This document shows positions 52,850 through 62,876 of a DNA stretch of 64,000 nucleotides, in pieces. The position numbers and the translations under genes were made by a program. How positions within the stretch are numbered: the stretch's first letter is position 1; each line of letters starts with the position of its first letter. A model generated the notes under the pieces. It worked only from the letters and a program-made list of their open reading frames with translations. It ran no database searches and was not told the DNA's origin. Source of the DNA: an uncultured Rivularia sp. (GTDB lineage Bacteria; Cyanobacteriota; Cyanobacteriia; Cyanobacteriales; Nostocaceae); the NCBI GenBank assembly GCA_963665115.1, contig OY762007.1:7648001-7712000 (forward strand), written 5' to 3'.

Positions 52850-53617
52850 TCAATTGATTTTCTTCGCTTTTCTTCGAGAAATCAAGTAAAAACCAAGCAC
52901 AGATAAACCAACTCCAAAACCCGGTTCGGGAATTTCTTGTTTAGAAAAAGTAACTTTGTCGATTTTAGCAAAAACAGAAGCTGTTGTTTTCCCACCTTCA
53001 AGCGCTCGGAATTGATTAACCCGTGTTTTACCGTTATCTTGACTAAATCCAGCTAAAGATAAAGTATATTTATTGTCATTGTATGTAAAACTACGCTTGG
53101 CGTTATTTTCAACAACGAATAAAAAATCTGCGTTTAATTCTGGATCGTCTGAAAGATTGGGAGTATTTTGTAGAGAAAATCCATAGTCAAGAACTTCGTT
53201 AATCTCAGGTGGTTCGCTAAAAGATAAACTAAGATTTAAAGGTACCGATTCTACACTTGTGCCTAAAAGTACCGTGCCGTTGCGATAAGTTAAATCCCCG
53301 ATCTTAAATAAAGAACCCGCATCGGTAGAAAAAGAACTTCCTTCAAATACAAGCTGATTGGCAGAGGCACCTTCAAAAAGACTTGGATCTCCCCAAGTAA
53401 ATACGTTAGTGTCTACCCCGGTATAAACAGATTCACTATTTATGCTTCCACGAGTCGGTATTCCCCAGCTACCATTAACGCTACCAGAAAAAGTAGTAGC
53501 TTTAGCTTGACTAGAAAAGCCAATTACACTCAATGCTGCAACTGCAAACGGAAACACAGCTCTATTAAAAAACAAATTTATTTTCATATATAAGTACCAA
53601 CTCCCATAAAGGAGCAT
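52850..53617 (-). CDS. PEP-CTERM surface protein (choice-of-anchor K-like domain)
   Basis: Signal peptide; FTWG, FKIGDLTY.NG; C-terminal IPEP-TM-RRK. Start may be slightly downstream. Confidence 0.8.
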   Translation of the reverse strand: MLLYGSWYLYMKINLFFNRAVFPFAVAALSVIGFSSQAKATTFSGSVNGSWGIPTRGSINSESVYTGVDTNVFTWGDPSLFEGASANQLVFEGSSFSTDAGSLFKIGDLTYRNGTVLLGTSVESVPLNLSLSFSEPPEINEVLDYGFSLQNTPNLSDDPELNADFLFVVENNAKRSFTYNDNKYTLSLAGFSQDNGKTRVNQFRALEGGKTTASVFAKIDKVTFSKQEIPEPGFGVGLSVLGFYLISRRKAKKIN

Positions 53618-54201
53618 TCAACATACAAACAACCAGTCTAGATTAGTAAAAATACGCATATTTCGCCAATATTTACTACAGTTTTCACAGAAACTTTATA
53701 TTTGACAGGAGAAACTTGTAAATATTTTTAATTGCGGAACTTTTTTTAATAAGTCTTTTACTTATGCAGATAATATTTATATCTTTAACTGCAATAGAGG
53801 GATACAGATACTGTTTTTGTAACTAATTATACTTTTAATACTATGTCAGAGAATTAATACTTATGTATTTACACTTAATGATAATATGCGAGATTTTAAG
53901 CCTTTGTCAACTTTGATTCTCATTATCAATGAGTGGGGGAATGGGGAGTAGGGAGTAGGGAGTTGGGAGTAGAGAGTAGTGAGTAAAGAAATTTATTTAA
54001 AAGTTGTAGTTGCTTGGTATAAAAACAAACAAGCGTGCCAGATGATGTTACTCTGACACACTTTAAAAAATTCTGGATTTTAACAATGTATTTTTAGATT
54101 TTAAAGTTAGGAGTTAGGAGTTGGGAGTTGGGAGTTAATAATTTAGAATAATTTCAACTTCCCCTTGTCCCCTTGTCCCCTTGTCTCCCAATCTCTTTCA
54201 A

Positions 54202-55425
54202 CTAGGGCGCAAGAGCGTTACCGCGAATTAAGCTACCAATGGTTTTGGCAGTAATTTTCATTTGAGTGATAGGGTTGGCTGGGACAACTGTTTTATATAG
54301 ATAGCTGTCAAAAGTCAACCGCTGAACATCAAGATCGCCACACATTTCGACGAATGCTTCGCGGGTAGCGTCGGAACGGTAGAATACGTTCTGTAAGATG
54401 TCGAGTACCTTGTAGGTAAGCCCGTATTTTTTATCCCAACGCTTCAGATAAACTTTTAAATCTGCTTCGGTGGGGATAGACTGTCCGCTGTTGGAGAGTT
54501 CTACGATGGTTTCAGCACACATCCGTCCGGATTTTGCAGCGAAGTAAATTCCTTCTCCGGAAGATTTGGTAACGTAACCAGCCGCATCTCCAACTAATGC
54601 AATGCGTCCGACTACACGACGGGGGCGGGGATGTTCGGGGATGGGGTGCGCTTCAACTTTAATAATTTTACCGCCATCAAGTTTTCTGGCTGCGCGAGCG
54701 CGGATACCAGCTTGCAATTGTTTGATGCTAGCTTTATTAACCTGCATGGTACCCGTACCAACCGCTACGTGGTCGTATTTGGGGAAAACCCAAGCGTAGA
54801 AATCGGTGGAAACATCATTACCGACATACATTTCTGCTAAGTCGTTATAATATGCCATTTTGTCTTCGGGAAGACGGATGCGTTCTTGGAAAGCAATGGC
54901 ATAGTTATAATCGCCAGCATCCATTTCCTTGGCAATACGGGAATTTGCTCCGTCAGCACCAATAATTAAATCAACTTTTAGGGTTTTTGCAATACCTTTT
55001 GCGCCACCTTCTGTATGGTCAACATAGTGGATTGTATAAGGGTCTGTATTATTTCTGGGAAAATCTAATTTATGAACTGTAGCATTAATTAAATGAGCGC
55101 CTAATTTAGCTGCTCGATCTCGCATGAAGCCGTCTAAAACTTCACGACGACACATTCCTATATATTCATCTTCATTTACTAAATTGATATCAACCTCACG
55201 ATTCGAGGGTGAAATCATCTTCATTTTCCGCACTCGACGGTCGATGATATCTGCTGGAAGGTCGAATTCATCAACCATACACAGCGGTATCGCACCACCG
55301 CAAGGCTTGGCATTATCTAACTTACGTTCAAATAAATAGGTTTCAATCCCCGCTTTCGCTAAAGTTTCAGCAGCAGATGAACCCGCAGGACCCGAGCCTA
55401 CAACAGCAACCCTAAGTGTCGGCAT
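54202..55425 (-). CDS. chlP: Geranylgeranyl reductase
   Basis: GSGPAG, AKPCGGAIP, EAHPIPEHPRP, GEGIYFAAKSG; GGGAGA RBS before the ATG at 55425. Confidence 0.97.
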   Translation of the reverse strand: MPTLRVAVVGSGPAGSSAAETLAKAGIETYLFERKLDNAKPCGGAIPLCMVDEFDLPADIIDRRVRKMKMISPSNREVDINLVNEDEYIGMCRREVLDGFMRDRAAKLGAHLINATVHKLDFPRNNTDPYTIHYVDHTEGGAKGIAKTLKVDLIIGADGANSRIAKEMDAGDYNYAIAFQERIRLPEDKMAYYNDLAEMYVGNDVSTDFYAWVFPKYDHVAVGTGTMQVNKASIKQLQAGIRARAARKLDGGKIIKVEAHPIPEHPRPRRVVGRIALVGDAAGYVTKSSGEGIYFAAKSGRMCAETIVELSNSGQSIPTEADLKVYLKRWDKKYGLTYKVLDILQNVFYRSDATREAFVEMCGDLDVQRLTFDSYLYKTVVPANPITQMKITAKTIGSLIRGNALAP

Positions 55426-55609
55426 TGTTTCTCCCATACTTGACATTACCTCGAAGCATCGTATCACGGACTTTTGACCCTTTTTCCTCTTTACCCCCAG
55501 GATTTAATTGAAATGCAACATTCCTTAATTTTTCTACATCTTAGAGTTTCTTCAAAGCAGTGTAGTTGGGATGGCCGCTGCTGCGGATTGCTACGAATAA
55601 TTTTGCGGC

Positions 55610-55690
55610 GTGTAGAGACGTAGCAGTGCTACGTCTCCTGGCATTTCCGGAAAAACGAACCCGTTAAATTTAATGCAATTGACTAATAGT
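55610..55690. mobile_element. MITE-like element, family A (partial)
   Basis: Reverse complement of the 20740-20810 unit. Confidence 0.7.
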
Positions 55691-55795
55691 GCGTGGTAAT
55701 TTTGATTAATTTTGATGAGCCGCACCTGCGGTGAACAGTTCGCTTACCCCCAAAACTGCTTTGAGACGCGATACCCTTGCGTCTCTACAAATCGA

Positions 55796-56593
55796 TCAAT
55801 TTCCCTGTACGAGTTTAGACATCTTTGTTACTTGTTTTCTTGGTAAAAATCTCACTGCCTCAGCTAAAATTCGATTTTTTGCGCCGGGAATGACGATGGT
55901 TTTCCCCTTCATTAAGCCGCGAAAACCAATTTCGGCTACAGTTTTTGCATCCATCATCTTCATATCCTTCATTCGCTGGGAATCTTCGGTTCCCGTTCTC
56001 TTATGAAAAGCGGATTGTGTTGGTCCGGGACAAAGTACAGTTACGCTTACTCCAGTATCTTCAAGTTCGTTGGCGATCGCCTCTGAAAAAGACAAAATAT
56101 AAGCTTTGGTAGCAAAATAAACTGACATTAACGGTCCTGGTTGAAAAGCGGCTGTAGAACTGACATTCAAGATTTTGCCCTCGCCTTTCTCTACCATGTG
56201 TTTGAGGAACAATTTTGTTAAGTGCGTCAAACACACTAAGTTTACCTGGATCATTTCTAATTCGGAATTCAAATTAGTTTCGTGAAATAATCCATAGATA
56301 CCGAATCCGGCATTATTAACTAATACATCAATGTGAATCGATGCTTGCTGTAATTCTAGATAAATAGCTTCTGGAGATGTTGGAATAGATAAATCTTTGG
56401 CAATACTGGTGACACAAATATTATATTCTTGAGTAAACCGATCGGAAATTTCGATAAGCTTTTGTTCGTTTATATCTACTAATACAAGATTGTAGTTATG
56501 GCTAGCGAAAATACAGGTGAATTCGTAGCCAATTCCGCTACAGGCTCCGGTAATTAAAGCAGTTTTTCGAGGCTGAGTTTGAGGTTTAAACAT
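55796..56593 (-). CDS. Short-chain dehydrogenase/reductase
   Basis: TGACSGIG, NNAG, YFATK. Confidence 0.92.
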   Translation of the reverse strand: MFKPQTQPRKTALITGACSGIGYEFTCIFASHNYNLVLVDINEQKLIEISDRFTQEYNICVTSIAKDLSIPTSPEAIYLELQQASIHIDVLVNNAGFGIYGLFHETNLNSELEMIQVNLVCLTHLTKLFLKHMVEKGEGKILNVSSTAAFQPGPLMSVYFATKAYILSFSEAIANELEDTGVSVTVLCPGPTQSAFHKRTGTEDSQRMKDMKMMDAKTVAEIGFRGLMKGKTIVIPGAKNRILAEAVRFLPRKQVTKMSKLVQGN

Positions 56594-57026
56594 TATAGTT
56601 AATGGTTAATTAAAATTAAACTAGTTTTAAGGTATTACTAAGCAAATTGAAGTTTTGATGCTGATACAGAGAGGACAATGGGGAAAAATTATACAAATAA
56701 ACCTACACTGATAATAAAGTGGTTAAACAATTCATCTCTAAATCTACTCCTTAGAATATTCGGAGTGATTCGCACAATTTTAAGTTACTCGTTACTTAAC
56801 TTTTGTTACATCTAGAACTAATAAAATACAGCAGATTTAACTTCAAAATAAGAGTTTACAACTTCAGATAAGTTACCCCCTTAATTAATATAATTAACGA
56901 CAAATAGTTTGACAGTATTGTAACTGCCAAACTAAAAAACCATTATGCTTAGAATCTCTTATATTCCAGTTTTTTTTTGTAATTTTTGATTCATTACTTT
57001 GATATATCCAAGCAAAAACATCCATA

Positions 57027-57110
57027 ACGGTAGTACGAGAGTTGGTAGTGCTTCTCTCATCTTCCGTGGAAGGGGTGCCTCATACAACACGGGCATTCCT
57101 TTTTTTTCTT
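57027..57110 (+). ncRNA. Candidate small RNA (hairpin plus intrinsic terminator)
   Basis: ACGG..GAGAG/CTCTC..CCGT stem, then GGGGTGCC/GGCATTCC stem and a U-run, with no + strand gene upstream. Confidence 0.35.
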
Positions 57111-57490
57111 TTCAATTCATAAATGGCGATCGCCCACACTGCGCTGTGGCTCGACAACAGTTACGGCTATGATATCAACTTTTATCCAATAGTCAAATTT
57201 TCAAGGAATCTAAACAGCTAATGCAAACATTAGCTATCGTTGATGAGTTAATTTGAGTAAAAATATACTGTAATAACTTGTCGCGATTTTTCATTAAGGG
57301 CATTGTAGTCCAAAAAATAACGAAACTTAGCACAAAGCAAATCGAACCTTTTTTGAATTAAAAATGCAAAATTAAAATTTTAATTGTTTAATTATTGTTA
57401 AGAAATATTGCGTAAAAGATATTTCAGAACTCATAAAAAGGTAGCTTATTTCTAAAGCTTTTAGAATTATCTTTATCGAGGCATTGATTA

Positions 57491-60400
57491 ATGAAAATCA
57501 TTCATGGTACATGGATACCAAATGCCGAGTTTAATTTTATTCAAGCAGGTTCTTTTTGTTTGTGGGTAGAAGTACCTTCGGGTGCGGGAAAACCCAGCAA
57601 GGAACAAGTTCACCCCAGACATCTAAAAAAAGATGAATTAGTAACTTTTTTAACTCAAGAATTAGGGCTTAAGGAAAATGCCTTGCAGCTAAAAGAACGC
57701 ATATCCCCTAAATACTTTGCTCTTCCTACGTTTGAGAATCAACCTCTCCCTTCACCAGAATTAACTAAATACTTGGAAACGGAAGCAATTACAGAATATG
57801 AAGGATTTCAGTATTGGCAAATAGATTGTTACAAAACAGTAGCTTGTACTAAAACAGATTCTTCTCACATTGCAACTGCTGTTAATATAATCAAATTTAT
57901 TAACGATATTCACTTTTTAGCACTGTACAATTTGGGTGAATTTCAACTGGGTTCTGATTTATTGTTCTGGTATCATTACACCCAAGCTTTTAAACCAATA
58001 ATTCTTAAAGACCAGTATATTCCAGCACTCAAATATCAACTATTAGAAAATACTCCAACCATCAATAAAGTAAAGCAAAAGTCACATAAAAACAATAATT
58101 TTGAAATTTATCCTAGCTGGGAAATTATTTCCGAGCAATACGAATCCAATATTAAAAAATACGTTGAATATATGCCATCTATTTGTATGGCAGGTTCATT
58201 TATATTCAGCGATACGGTAGAGTTTTTTGACCCAGAACCCTTGTTACGCCATTTTTCGGAATACTTACTAAATAACTTAGTAACCCACACGCAATCTACG
58301 GCAGCTTTCGATAAAAAAATTACAGATTCCTTAGTTCACCATTGCCTTCATTCTAAAAAGCATAATCCCCTCACAACCAATAATAAAGCAGAAGAATATC
58401 AACAATGGTTGGTGTGGAAAAATAAGATTACCCGTACAACTGCCGATTCTTCCTTCCATCTATGTTTTCAATTAGACTCTGCAACAGCAGATTTTATCGA
58501 TAATTGGCAAATGCATTTCTTGGTATCCAGTAAAAAAGACCCTTCTTTGAAGTTATTGTTGGCTGATTACTGGACTCAAAGTGCAAAAGCGAAAACGAAT
58601 ATACATAAAGACTTTGGCAAGGATTTTGAAAAGAATCTGTTGTTAAATTTGGGTTATGCAGCGCGGATGTATCCCAACTTATGGAAAGGTTTAGAGTGCG
58701 ATCGCCCTACCGGATTGCAATTAACTTTGGATGAAGCATTTGGTTTTCTCAAAGAAAGTGCTTGGGTGTTGGAAGATTCTGGTTTTAAGGTAATTGTACC
58801 TGCATGGTATACCCCCACAGGTCGCCATCGTGCCAAAATTCGCCTCAAAGCTTCTTCTAAGAAGAATGGAGCAAGTAAAAGTAAAACAAAAAGCTATTTT
58901 AATTTAGATTCTTTGGTGCAATACCAATACGAATTAGCCATCGGGGAGCAGGTTGTTACATCTTCTGAATGGGAACAATTAGTTAATGCAAAATCTTCCT
59001 TAGTTAACTTTCGCGGACAGTGGATGGAACTCGATCGCGATAAAATGCAGCAATTACTGGAATTCTGGCAGCAAAATGCAGATGAACAGCCAGAGATGAC
59101 GCTGTTGGAATTTTTACAAAAAAGCGCCGAAGCCGGGGATGATTGGGAAATTGAACATGATGAAGCGTTGTCAGCAATGATGGCAAAGCTGCAAGATAAA
59201 AGCCAGTTAGAACCAGTTGCACAATTAACAAATTTACAAGGAACTTTAAGAGAATATCAAAAGCGAGGTGTATCGTGGCTGAATTATTTGGAAACGGTTG
59301 GGATTAAACGGTTGTTTGGCAGACGATATGGGTTTAGGGAAATCCGTACAGGTAATTGCGCGATTGGTACAGGAAAAAGAACAAATCAATCAAGAGAATA
59401 ATTTAACTACCTTGTTAATTGCACCGACTTCGGTTGTCGGAAACTGGCAGAAAGAGATTGTTAAATTTGCACCTCATCTCAAAACGATGGTACACCACGG
59501 TGGAAGCCGCCTTCAAACAACCGCAGAATTTAAAGCTGCTTGCGAGCAATATGATGTGATAATTAGTTCCTTTACCTTAGCCCGTAAGGATGAAAAGTTA
59601 TTTAATAGTATTAAATGGCAGCGGGTAGTTTTAGATGAAGCTCAAAATATTAAAAATCCTAAATCCGCGCAAACAAAAGCAATCCTGAAGCTTTCAGCTA
59701 AACATCGACTAGCTTTAACGGGAACTCCGGTAGAAAACCGTTTATTAGATTTATGGTCGATTTTTAACTTTCTCAATCCCGGTTATTTGGGTAAAGAAAC
59801 GCAATTTCGCAAGTCTTTTGAGATTCCCATTCAAAAAGATAATAATAAAGTTAAGTCAATTACCTTGAAAAAATTGGTTGAACCTTTGATTTTACGTCGT
59901 GTAAAAACTGACCAATCTATCATCAGCGATTTGCCCGATAAAGTTGAGCAAAAACTATATACTAATTTAACCAAAGAGCAAGCATCCTTATATGAAGTAG
60001 TCGTCAAAGACGTAGAAAAGCAACTTCAAGATGCACAAGGGATTCAACGTAAAGGATTGATACTTTCCACCTTGATGAAATTAAAGCAGATTTGTAACCA
60101 CCCCGCCCAATTTCTTCAAGATAATAGCGAATTTTCCCCAGAGCGATCGCACAAACTGAGCCGTTTAGCAGAAATGGTCGAAGAAGCGATTTCTTCCGGG
60201 GAAAGTATGCTTATATTCAGCCAATTTACCGAAGTATGCGTGGGCATAGAAAAATATATCAAACAAAATTTATATTGTAATACCTACTATTTACATGGCG
60301 GCACTAATCGCAAACGTCGTGAGAATATGATTGCAGAATTTCAACACCGGGAAACAGAACCATCAGTTTTTATACTTTCCCTAAAAGCAGGTGGTGTCGG

Positions 60401-60686
60401 TATTACGCTAACTAAAGCTAATCACGTGTTTCATTTTGACCGTTGGTGGAATCCCGCAGTAGAAAACCAGGCTACAGACAGAGCTTTTCGGATTGGTCAA
60501 AAAAAGAATGTTTTCGTACACAAATTTGTTTCTATTGGCACTTTAGAAGAAAAAATTGATCGGATGATTGAGGACAAGAAAAAGCTTTCTTCTGCGGTGG
60601 TAGGTAGTGATGAATCTTGGTTGACAGAGTTAGACAATAATGCTTTTAAACAGCTAATTGCATTGAACAAAACCGCAATATTGTAA
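57491..60686 (+). CDS. SNF2-family helicase (frameshift at ~59296)
   Basis: LREYQ, LADDMGLGK, DEAQ, TGTPVEN, QATDRAFRIGQ; removing one G joins ETLGLNG. Confidence 0.92.
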
Positions 60687-60700
60687 GGGAGGTAGATAAT

Positions 60701-61540
60701 ATGGCAAAGTTTAGCAGAACTTGGTGGGGCGATCGTTTTATTCAAGCATTAGAAGAATTTACTGATGATAATCGGTTAAAACGCGGACGCTCTTACGCTC
60801 GTGGTGGTAAGGTGAAAAGTTTTAACATTCAAGAAAATCATATTAGTGCTAAGGTAAGAGGCTCGGTGAATCCTTACTTTGGAGTTTACAAGGAACCGAC
60901 ATATAAGATTGAAATAGAAATTAAATCAATTGCTAAGACAAAATGGAAGCAAGCTATTGATAAACTATCGTCCAAAGCTAGTGCTGTTTCTCGATTGTTA
61001 TTAAACGAAGTCCCAGAAAACATTGAAGATACATTTTCCGAATTAGGATTAAATTTATTACCCGGTAGTAGAGAAGATTTTAAAACTAGCTGTTCTTGTC
61101 CCGATTATGCCAATCCCTGCAAGCATATAGCAGGAGTCTATTACCTGGTTGCATCCCAGCTAGACCAAAATCCCTTTTTATTATTTGAACTGCGGGGATT
61201 ATCTAAAACAGAGTTACAAAATAAATTAGCAACATCACCATTAGGTAAAGCTTTATCTTCCGAACTAAATCTCCAAGAAATTCCCATAGAAGTTTGTACC
61301 TCTTTTTATTCTAAGTTAGAAAAAAAACAAATTACTCAAAAGCCGAATATTAAAGAATTTTGGTTGGGTAAAAAAAGATTACCTCAAACAATTGAAGTAG
61401 CCAGTCAAAGTGGAGTTTCGGCAATTTTGATTAAAAAGCAAGGGGATTATCCACCCTTTTGGGATAAGGATAATTCCTTTATTGAAGCTATGGAAGAATT
61501 GTATGAGCGGGTGAAAACCAAAAATCAGAATTTGATCTGA
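60701..61540 (+). CDS. SWIM zinc finger protein
   Basis: CSCPD..NPCKH, RGRSYAR, PFLLFELRG. Confidence 0.92.
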   Translation: MAKFSRTWWGDRFIQALEEFTDDNRLKRGRSYARGGKVKSFNIQENHISAKVRGSVNPYFGVYKEPTYKIEIEIKSIAKTKWKQAIDKLSSKASAVSRLLLNEVPENIEDTFSELGLNLLPGSREDFKTSCSCPDYANPCKHIAGVYYLVASQLDQNPFLLFELRGLSKTELQNKLATSPLGKALSSELNLQEIPIEVCTSFYSKLEKKQITQKPNIKEFWLGKKRLPQTIEVASQSGVSAILIKKQGDYPPFWDKDNSFIEAMEELYERVKTKNQNLI

Positions 61541-61591
61541 AAATTTTTTATTAGGAAATGATAAATTTTCGCTTTCTTCCATTCCTTTTTA

Positions 61592-61800
61592 CCTAAGCTT
61601 TCATCCCTCCCGCAGCAAATTTAACGAGACGAGCAATCGCATTTTCTATTTCTTCTGGTGAAGTCCCCCGTTATCAGCTTTCCCGACTGACCGATTTGAT
61701 TTAAGGTACGGACTAATAATGCTACTACTAAATCTAATTCCCACTCTAGTTCTAAACGTGTTTGATTGGGAAACGCTTGCTGAAGAATATCCAAAAAACG
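61592..61800 (-). pseudogene. C-terminal fragment of a TetR-family regulator
   Basis: LDILQQAFPNQTRLELEWELDLVVALLVR...EEIENAIARLVKFAAGGMKA*; no HTH or start. Confidence 0.55.
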
Positions 61801-61802
61801 CT

Positions 61803-61933
61803 ACAGTTAGATTAAAGCTGACAGATACCATTCCTACAGAAGGTTTTTGGCTGCCTAATAAAGCCTTAACTCAGGGATTGCGGGGTTCTCGACATATTAA
61901 TCCTTACCGCGTCAAGAAGATCCAACACAAGTA
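61803..61933 (+). pseudogene. Fused fragments of an RND periplasmic adaptor and an RND permease
   Basis: TVRLKLTDTIPTEGFWLPNKALTQGLRG followed by SLPRQEDP. Confidence 0.5.
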
Positions 61934-62029
61934 ACCCCCAACACATAGAAGCCCCAATGGTGGTAATTGTTCGCGAGGAATGCGGCTACCTATTGACGGA
62001 TGTGGCGGATTTACAATCGAGATTTTCAT
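61934..62029 (-). pseudogene. bchE: 5' fragment of the BchE-like gene
   Basis: ATG at 62029 reads MKISIVNPPHPSIGSRIPREQLPPLGLLCVGG, a typical B12-radical SAM N-terminus complementary to 9165-10637. Confidence 0.8.
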
Positions 62030-62278
62030 AATGCACCGTACTTAGCTATAGCCACAATTATTTACTATACGCAAAAATCAGGTGTATCACATTCATTAAT
62101 TCAAGTCGAAAAAAGGTTACAAAAATTTGAATCGCATCGAGCGATCAATATTCTATGCACAGGAATTTTTAGTTACGTTAGATTTAAAAATAATCGGGAT
62201 TACCCCCGTACTTGCGTCTGATATCTCTGAACATTGAATCTTCTATATACGAATGAATTTATATTTTATTTTTAAATT

Positions 62279-62411
62279 AGCGTTGCAAAACGCATCCAAC
62301 TTGCCTTTATATTTATGGAACAGCATTTTAGAGCAGCAAGAAGAATTTCCCTTGAGTGAAGCTCAAAAACAAGAATTAGATAAGCGGCTAAAAAATTATA
62401 ATAAAGATTAG
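62279..62411 (+). pseudogene. Addiction-module antitoxin-like remnant
   Basis: SVAKRIQLA / LWNSILEQQEEFPLSEAQKQELDKRL across a frameshift; no intact start. Confidence 0.5.
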
Positions 62412-62531
62412 CTATATACCATTTAGGATACACTTGTACTTAACTAAAGATAGAGCCAATTAAATAAGTTAATATTTTAAAATTGATTTAGATAACTAAT
62501 ATGTAAACCAAATTTTGGGAGATAATCATTT

Positions 62532-62609
62532 ATGCAACCTTGGATGCTTTGGGCAGGAGCTTTTACATCACTCGTTGGGTTATGGGTAATAGCTAATTTA
62601 ATGTATTGA
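62532..62609 (+). CDS. Putative 25-aa single-TM microprotein
   Basis: GGAGA RBS; MQPWMLWAGAFTSLVGLWVIANLMY*. Confidence 0.35.
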   Translation: MQPWMLWAGAFTSLVGLWVIANLMY

Positions 62610-62876
62610 TTAGATATTTTTGCTTGGTAAATCTCTCAATACAGAAATAGATTTTTAACGAATCAATGAGAGTTAACTTATAATCTATTTTGATGTAGTT
62701 TCTTAGAAGATGTTGGGTTACAACACGATTAAAATTGGTTGTCGTGTCTAACCCAACCTACTAGCTTATGAGGAGGTTAAAGGTATTTAATTTCCTCGCA
62801 ACAAATGGAACTAACAAATTTTTATCAAATCCTCAAATTTTGTGAGGTAAGGGTTTTAGAATGTGTTAGTTAGGAG

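Noticed and set aside
57491..61540. SNF2-SWIM pair as a novel defence system
   Set aside because: Widespread conserved gene pair with no additional defence genes adjacent
61719..61934. 71-aa + strand ORF as a real gene
   Set aside because: Chimera of antisense tetR remnant and RND adaptor fragment
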